Origin: Octopus vulgaris
Lineage: Eukaryota
DNA length: 64,000 bases
Assembly: GCA_951406725.2 (NCBI GenBank)
Contig: OX597831.1
Location: forward strand, 10,044,001 to 10,108,000
Direction of reading: 5' to 3'
Below, in pieces: positions 56,675-64,000 of the stretch (positions are counted from its first letter, which is position 1; each line of letters starts with the position of its first letter). Position numbers and translations under genes: made by a program. The notes under the pieces are model-generated. The model had not been told where the DNA came from, made no database searches, and saw only the letters and a list, made by a program, of their open reading frames with translations.

Positions 56675-57350
56675 TACACTGAACCGCAAAAATTATTTTA
56701 AAAATATCTTTATTATATGGTAAATTCGGAATTTCGAAGATGTATGTGTCAATATTCGAAGACATGCTGGTTTATTGTTGAGACCCAAATTGCAGATAAC
56801 CTTTCAACTTTCCCTGAAGCGAGATGCCAAAACACAGCTGCGTTCAATGCCGTGGGTAGCTGTTGAAAACAACTTTGGTATAAAAATCAACTTTGATTGC
56901 GTTAGAGGTATTCGTATTTTGGACGCATCAGGCATAACCGGATTGAGAGCAGCGCAGAGACCAAGCTATCGGTGGATTGTAAGCAGGGCAGTGTACCCTG
57001 GTTATTGTTGAACAGAGTTTCAATGAATATTGCTGAATTTACAATTGGTTTCATTCTATTTTCAGTAGGTTCGATTACCATTTTGAGAAAGTGATTCTAT
57101 ATTTTTGTTCATTCTCAGAACATCTGTATCTTAAGCCATTTGTTTGGTGTCAAATTAGAGTTTCTTCAGAATATTTACAAATATCTAAATTCTTGTGGAT
57201 ATGTCACCTCCTACGTATAGAGTGTGTATGTTTGTTTTTAATTAAATGAGGGAGAACTGCTGCCAATAAATTTGTAAGATCTTTGATGTTGTTGCAAAGA
57301 GAAGAGGAATAATTACCGAAACAGCTATTAGGAACAGAAGAAGCCTTTCC
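56675..57350 (+). mobile_element. Tc1-like transposon remnant
   Basis: TA|CACTGAACCGCAAAAATT terminus, RDQAIG.L.AG N-terminal HTH-like peptide, later TAIRNR. Confidence 0.4.
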
Positions 57351-57839
57351 AACAAGTGTTAATTAACAGATGCAAACTAAATTGGATGGTTTATTATAAC
57401 GCCTAGGACTAGAGAAAACATCTAGCAAAAATCACCTTGTGTTTTCGACAAATGCTCAGAGGCACAGATATACACTAACCACCAGGTTTCTATGATATCA
57501 GCTGTTGCTAAATTATATTGCTTTACCTGATTTTCGGTCTGGCAGATGGTGTTTTGCTGTCTGTTGCTGAAGATACGTATACGGTGGAACCATGTGTTAC
57601 GACAACGTCATCCGCTGGTGATGGCGAAATATCGTCAACCAATATATTTAGCGTTTTTTTTTTTTGCATTCGTTGTCTACACAAAATTATCTCCCGGGAC
57701 ATTTACCGCTGTCCTAGAGATTATAAACTACAAATCAAAGTTAATTTGGTTGTGCTAATATATGTGTGGTTGTCTGTGCCTGTTTGTTTATGTATATGTG
57801 TATATGTATATATATATATATGACTTATATTATAATCAA

Positions 57840-58440
57840 AATGAAAAATGGAAAAGAACGTAACAGGCAACAGCAAAACATTCATGCACGGAGAGGATAC
57901 AAAAGAGGACAGGAATAAACAAGGACGGGTCATTCGGAGCTTTCAATCATTAGTCGAGAAGCAGATCATTTTTTGCAGTTTTGGCCAGTTAATCTCAAGA
58001 CTGCTCTAATCACAAGAAAATCTAAGCTAAGAGCACTAGGTTATTTGGAAGGAAACAAGCGAATGTATACGAAAACAAGGACGGAGAAATGGTACATAAT
58101 TACAAATACAAAAAGAAAAACAGGACATTAACAACAGGTGTCTTTCGAGCAAGGACAAATTAAATTAAGCTTGCGTGTGTGGACGAGGGCTTTACTGAGG
58201 GAACAAAGAAGATGAAAGTCGTGAGAAGAAATACAAGGGATGCTACACGTATGGTAGTCGAACAAAAGAAGATAGGAAAGATAGGTCAGGCTTGGCCGAA
58301 CCCCGGTCACGTTGAAGAAGAAGGTGGTGGGCAGGCCAGAGGGATTGAGGAATTGGGGTGGGACGAGAAAGTGATAAAAAAAGTAAAGGGACAGTGTGGG
58401 ATAAAGGAGGAGGGTGAGTTATAGGATTGAAGAGAATGCC
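57840..58440 (-). repeat. Unclassified purine-rich interspersed repeat (homologue at 8415-8665)
   Basis: Shared core sequence noted at 8415; between microsatellites. Confidence 0.5.
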
Positions 58441-58544
58441 AAGAAATGGCACATACATACAAATATATATATATATATGTGTATGTATGTATGTATGTAT
58501 GTATTACATACAGGGGACCAAAAGTGTACGTATGTCGACGTCTT

Positions 58545-58705
58545 TTTCAGTTGAACCGATCAACGGAACACCTTGCTCATTAAATTTAGGTAGAAGTAGC
58601 TGAGCGTTCCACAAACACGGGTAACCTTAACGTACTTTTCAGGGAAATGCAGCGTGACACAGAATGTCACAGGGCTGGCCCTTTGAAATACAGGCACTAC
58701 ACATT
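58545..58705 (-). mobile_element. SINE family C 3' fragment
   Basis: CAGCGTGACACAGA.TG.CA..GGCTGGCCCTTTGAAATACAGG. Confidence 0.75.
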
Positions 58706-58719
58706 TTTGCCAGAAAGTG

Positions 58720-58785
<66 letters not shown>

Positions 58786-59423
58786 TGTGTGTGTGTATTT
58801 ATATGTATATATACATGTATATGGGTGTGGGTAGGCGTGTGTGTGTGAATGCGCTTACGCAGAAACACAACACGCACAAACAAACACACATATACACACA
58901 CGTAGACGCATACATGATGTAGTCACAAACTGTTGGGACCTGTTCTTAGTGTTACCTCCTTCATTATGTTAGGATGCCTTGTGAAATCATGTAAAAACGA
59001 TTTATATTTGTTGAATCATTAGGCGAAGGGGATTCGCCGAGGACTTGCAGAAAGGTCGTGTTTCTTTCAGAAAGTCAAATATGACGAAATTAACTTTGCT
59101 TCATCTTTGTATTTTGTTTGCAGGTTTCTTATTATGAATTCTTGTGCTGAAACCAAATTTGTGTCTACAGAGAAGGGCATTATGTCGAAAAAAAAGAAAA
59201 AGACAGAAAAAGAAGAGAAAAAAACACGCCCTGGTTCAATATTGGTTCTTATATTTGGTACTCTGTTAAATATCTGGTTATAGAGTCGATTGGCAAAACC
59301 TGAAGTAGTGGTACTAAAATATTGTGTGTGTACATTTTTCTTGGCATAATGACCCTCCCTTGTCTACAGAAATGTGATGAATATATGTATATATATTTAG
59401 CGCGGCGAACTGGCAGAATCGTT

Positions 59424-59745
59424 TTTAGAGAGTTATAGCCAAAAAATAGCAAAAAGATGGAAAAAAAATGATGGTAAATATTTTTTTGATAGTTAAAAAG
59501 GTGGAGTTGCGTCCCCTACACAGTTTGTGTTCCTGATTCTCGAACCCATGTCGAATTTATCGATTTTTTTCAGAACTGGGGGAACTTTTCAAAATTTTCG
59601 CTGCGTTAGTTTTGAATTATGACATTGGGCTATGTGTGTGTCAAGTTTCATCAGAATCGGTTGAAAGCCGTGGTCAGGGTGAGGGTACAAGCAAACAGAC
59701 ACACAGAAACACGCACAGACAAACTGCCGTTTATATATAGAGAGA
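59424..59745 (-). mobile_element. Non-autonomous Helitron-type element, 5' part
   Basis: Minus strand begins A|TCTCTCTATATATAAA, then a (GTCT/GTGT)-type tract and AACCGATTCTGATGAAACTTGACAC. No CTAG/hairpin 3' end seen. Confidence 0.65.
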
Positions 59746-59755
59746 TATATATTTA

Positions 59756-59920
59756 GGGCGGCTATCTGGCAGAATCGTTAGAACGCCAGGCGAAATATTT
59801 AGCGGTATTTCGTCTACCCTTAATTTCTGAGTTCAAATTCCACTGAGATCGACTTTGCCTTTCATCCTTTCAGGGTTGATTAAATAAGTACGCACTGGGA
59901 TCGATTAATCGACTTAATAC
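59756..59920 (+). mobile_element. SINE family B, 3'-truncated
   Basis: GGCGG...CTGGCAGAATCGTTAG...GCCTTTCATCCTTTC. Confidence 0.85.
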
Positions 59921-59976
59921 CTTTGTGTGTGTGTGTGTATGTGAGTGTGTGGTGGGGTATATATATATATGTATGT

Positions 59977-61596
59977 GTGAGTGCATATAGAGTTCTTATC
60001 AATTGTTTAAAATTAGTTTTGCCATGAGCAAACGTGAAATTACGTTCAATAATTATTGTAATCCAAATCTTCTTAGAGAAAATAAGTGACAATTCTAAAA
60101 TTATCCTCCATCACCACTTGGCAGTCGGTGTTGGCTTGTTTACATTAGCGGTTTAGTAATAAGAGACCGATGAAATAAGTACTAGTCCTAGGGCCAATTT
60201 GATCGACTACAACCTTTCAAAACGGTGCAGACGCATGGCTGTGCCCTCCCCTAACTGAAAAGCGTAAGATACTAAAAAGACACCCACATAGATTGCACCT
60301 AGAGTTGCAGATAAGTTCTGCTCTTTGTGGGTCTTAAAAATGTCTCTTGAGGCCTCCATTAGAGTTTTAAACCTTCTCGCATACACTGGATTCAAAGTTA
60401 TGCCTAGGCATATAGGCAAAATAGCTGTTGGAGATTCGTTTTCCATGCGTTCGCATTTGAGATTTAAGGCCAGCAAAATACAGGCATGGTCTGTCACAAA
60501 CAGTGCACACAAAAAGGTCACTGAGATTCACTTTCTAGATCATTACATTCTATCTTAGATCTCTTTTGAGTATTGCTTGCGTTATCCTGGCCTCTTCAAA
60601 TGCTTTCACTACACTCTAGAACTTTGTTCGCCATCCAACTCGATCCGAAGCAAGGTTTTCTATATCTTCTGGTACCATTCCAAGTGACTTCATAGTAGTC
60701 CTTATCCCGTCCTTCAACCTTTTTTTAAGGTTCACACTGATAGCGTTTCCACTCTGCGCGATCACCATAAAACAGCTGTTTCGGCATACGTTCATCTGCC
60801 ATTGGGAACAATATGGCCACAGTATCTGAATTAGATTGTCAAAATCATTTCTTTAATTGAGGTGATGACTGCAGATGCAAAGACATCTGTGTTTGGAGTA
60901 AAAGAACACTATTTATTTTTTAAAATGAGATGAAATCATTTGTGGTGGAATTTTTCTAACAATTTAAAAAGAGGCTTATACCACCTTAAATCTCAGAGAA
61001 TAACCCAGTGTGTTATTCTCGGAGTTTTTAAGGTGGTAACAACGTCTTTTTTTTCCAACGCGGGGAGAGGCTTATAGCCAATCCCTTGTTATAATTAGGT
61101 TTCATAATTATTAATATACATCGCCATGTTGGGCCACCGAATTCAACACGCTTTTTTCATTCTCTCGCCATTTCCACTTATTCCGTTCTGTGTAAGACCG
61201 CACGCTCGAAACACCAAAAACCTTTCCATTTTTCCCATTTTTCTTTGTTTCTTCCTATACATGTCTTCGTTTTTGATTTTCCATAAATTTGAACCGCATA
61301 CACAAAACAAGCACACACACTCTCACACACACATACACACACACACACACACATACGCACACACATAATATCCGTTATTGCGTCCTTGTTTTGCGCAGAT
61401 CTTATTATGATCTGAAACTAATAGTTCCTTTCTTCTCAATGATTGTGTAATTCTAATTGTAATCTATCGCAGTTTTCGAATTGTCGCATATTTTCTCTAA
61501 GAAGATTTGGATGACAATAATTATTGATCATAATATCATATTTGCTCATTGCAAAACTAATTTTAAACAGTTGACAAGATCTCTATATGCACTCAC
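59977..61596. repeat. 124-bp inverted repeat pair (59977-60100 / 61473-61596)
   Basis: Colinear reverse-complement match with about a dozen substitutions by eye. Confidence 0.85.
60300..60900 (-). mobile_element. RTE-clade LINE C-terminal remnant
   Basis: RYCGHIV.MADERMPKQLFYG, KKRLKD...MKSLG...ENLASDRVGWR, CDRPC...AGLKSQMR. Confidence 0.75.
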
Positions 61597-62194
61597 TCAC
61601 ACATTATTTCGCTGAGATCTTTCGAGCTTTATCTTGATTAGTTTTCACATATTTTTCTCAAGTGTAATTACGTAACCACTGTAAACAATACACTTAACCT
61701 CGCATTGTTTTATTCTTCAGTTTCGTCGTTTCCAGAGGCTTGTAGATAAATTCATTTCGTGAAGGTACCATATTGTATTTAATTGCTTTTCATCTCGTAG
61801 GCTTTTCTTTAAATTAAAAAATATATATATATAATTGTTCATTTATGCTGAACAGAATATGTAATTTATGGGTTTTAAGAAATGAAAATATATACCAGTG
61901 TGAAAATGCAACCGGGGAATAAGTTTACAAAATATAACTTGTTGGTTATTAACACAAAAATAATATAATAAGAATATTTGTGCATAATATTAGGTATGTA
62001 CTCAAAATAGGGGGACCAGAAAATGTCCAATTAAGCTAATAAAGGCAAATACTGGCGTAATTCATTCATACACACATATAATTAACTTTCTCTTTATAAT
62101 ATATCTCTACCGAGATATATATTTCTGCATGGCTATTTTTTGTATCTCTCTCTATATATAAGTGTCTTTGTTTGCATATATATATATATATTAT

Positions 62195-62465
62195 TTTCTA
62201 GTTTCAGCTCACGAGCTGTGGTCATGCTGGGGCACCGCCATTCGGTGTAGCTACATGATTTTACTTCACGAATGCTTTTTAGCAATTGCCATTTGGTGCA
62301 TGAGAGAGTTCGATGCAGCTGCCCTCATCTGCATCTCCTGCCGTGAAGTTGGTTAATCTAGGATACCTGACAGGAAGTGATTCAGTTTTATTTTAAAGAC
62401 ATCTGCATCCACCTCATGCAGGTCTCTCAGGTCCTTCAGGAGGACATTGAAGAGCTGTGGACAGC

Positions 62466-62467
<2 letters not shown>
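62195..62467 (-). mobile_element. CR1/L2-type LINE 3' end (ORF2 C-terminus and 3' UTR)
   Basis: [39 protein letters not shown]...RAAASNSLMHQ; tail GGCGGTGCCCCAGCATGACCACAGCTCGTGAGCTGAAACTAG. Confidence 0.8.
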
Positions 62468-62512
<45 letters not shown>

Positions 62513-62635
62513 TGTATATATATATATTTATATATATATATATATATTTACATATATATATGTATGAATATAAATATATATGTATATATATACATATATG
62601 AATATATATGAATACATCTATATATATATATATAT

Positions 62636-62688
<53 letters not shown>

Positions 62689-63268
62689 GAATAATGAAGA
62701 GAAGTATATCAGAAGAATGTTCTTAAATACAGCCCAACACATTTTCGCTCTTAAGGAGTAATAAAAAATATACGCAACAATTTCGAAATAGAAAAGCCTT
62801 TTAACATAGAATAAAAATTTTAAAAGGACTTGTAAAAAATCCTAAAAATATAAGAATTTTCCCAAAAGTTACTGATGTTGAATCGAAGAAGCATATTGTA
62901 CACGCGAAAGGAGTGAAGCGTGTTGTTTCGAAATTCTATAATATTTTGAACTCTTTTAAAACTTCAATGTAACTCTCATAACAGAAATGTGGTCAAATTT
63001 TCGTAAACGATCGTAAGAAGAAATCCTCATTAAAGATTCATCCTAATTGATCGTATGCCATCGCTGATTGGATTCCTACCTCGTCATCGATTCTTAAAAG
63101 TTTGAATGCTCAGCACCGAATGTTTTAATGCATTTACATTCATTCATGATTTGTATTTTTGTACTTCAATAGATAATGTATATGAAGATGCCTATAATGC
63201 GGAGTGTTTTAATTTGATAAAGGGAATTGATCTTTGAAATTCGCTCTTCTTTCTTGCCGATATAAATA

Positions 63269-63297
<29 letters not shown>

Positions 63298-63299
<2 letters not shown>

Positions 63300-64000
63300 T
63301 AACAATTGAGGATAAAATCTTTAAAAGAAATTATCAGTAGTCAGCGTGAAAAACCTCGTAAGAGAAAAAATCCGTAAATTCTTCCTCTTTGAAAATATTT
63401 ATTTATATTATATTGAGGGTACTACTATTCGTAGATAGCAACACGCTAAGAGGGACCAATGCGGTCAAAACTACTAAAAATAAACAAAATTTTACCGAAT
63501 GCAAAACTTCAAAACACATCATTTTAAAAAAGAATTCAGTTACATATCACATGTGATTTCGCATTTAATGCAGAATATGCATTTCATGTTCATCAGTGCA
63601 ACAAACTCAAGAAATATAAGAGAAAACATAACATTACAAGCTCGATAGCCAACCGTAGAATTCGTCGTAGCATGTACGAATGTTTATCTTTACATATCTA
63701 TGAAAATGGCGGGCTTATTCGCAATGCATTTCGGTACCAAATTGTCTAGTCGGAATAAAAATTCAGTATTGAACTATTCCGGTGAAAAATATAAATTAAC
63801 AATTGAGGATAAAATCTTTAAAAGAAATTATCAGTAGTCAGCGTGAAAAACCTCGTAAGAGAAAAAATCCGTAAATTCTTCCTCTTTGAAAATATTTATT
63901 TATATTATATTGAGGGTACTACTATTCGTAGATAGCAACACGCTAAGAGGGACCAATGCGGTCAAAACTACTAAAAATAAACAAAATTTTACCGAATGCA
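63298..64000 (-). mobile_element. 497-bp tandem repeat with hammerhead (retrozyme / Penelope pLTR-like), runs off the window
   Basis: 63301-63503 is identical to 63798-64000; non-coding; abuts (TA)n on the left. Confidence 0.75.
63539..63602 (-). ncRNA. Complete type I hammerhead ribozyme
   Basis: Minus strand GTTGCA-CTGATGA-[aCAT ga AATGCA tattc TGCATT aa ATGc]-GAA-ATCACATGTGAT-A-TGTAAC. Stem I 6 bp (one G.U), extended stem II (first pair A.C), 12-nt palindromic stem III, AUA site. Confidence 0.8.

Overview
AT-rich, microsatellite-saturated eukaryotic DNA, most likely intergenic or intronic sequence of a coleoid cephalopod (Octopus-like; inferred from the tRNA-derived SINE families). I cannot support any intact protein-coding gene: most ORF-track entries are microsatellite or SINE read-through. 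Recognisable content: about 25 copies of 3-4 SINE families; fragments of Hero, R4/Dong, RTE and CR1/L2-type LINEs; mariner, Tc1 and pogo remnants; a Helitron-type fragment; and an intact 423-bp MITE with an 8-bp TSD. The most interesting signal is a set of short non-coding elements, mostly embedded in (TA)n tracts and often inverted or tandem, that carry type I hammerhead ribozyme (HHR) folds with palindromic stem III. At least four unrelated sequence families are present. They include a complete HHR in a 497-bp tandem repeat (retrozyme-like), a back-to-back HHR pair, and two core variants (G3-C8 swap; U6). A Hero LINE fragment is flanked by a 154-bp direct duplication. All folds and alignments were done by eye.
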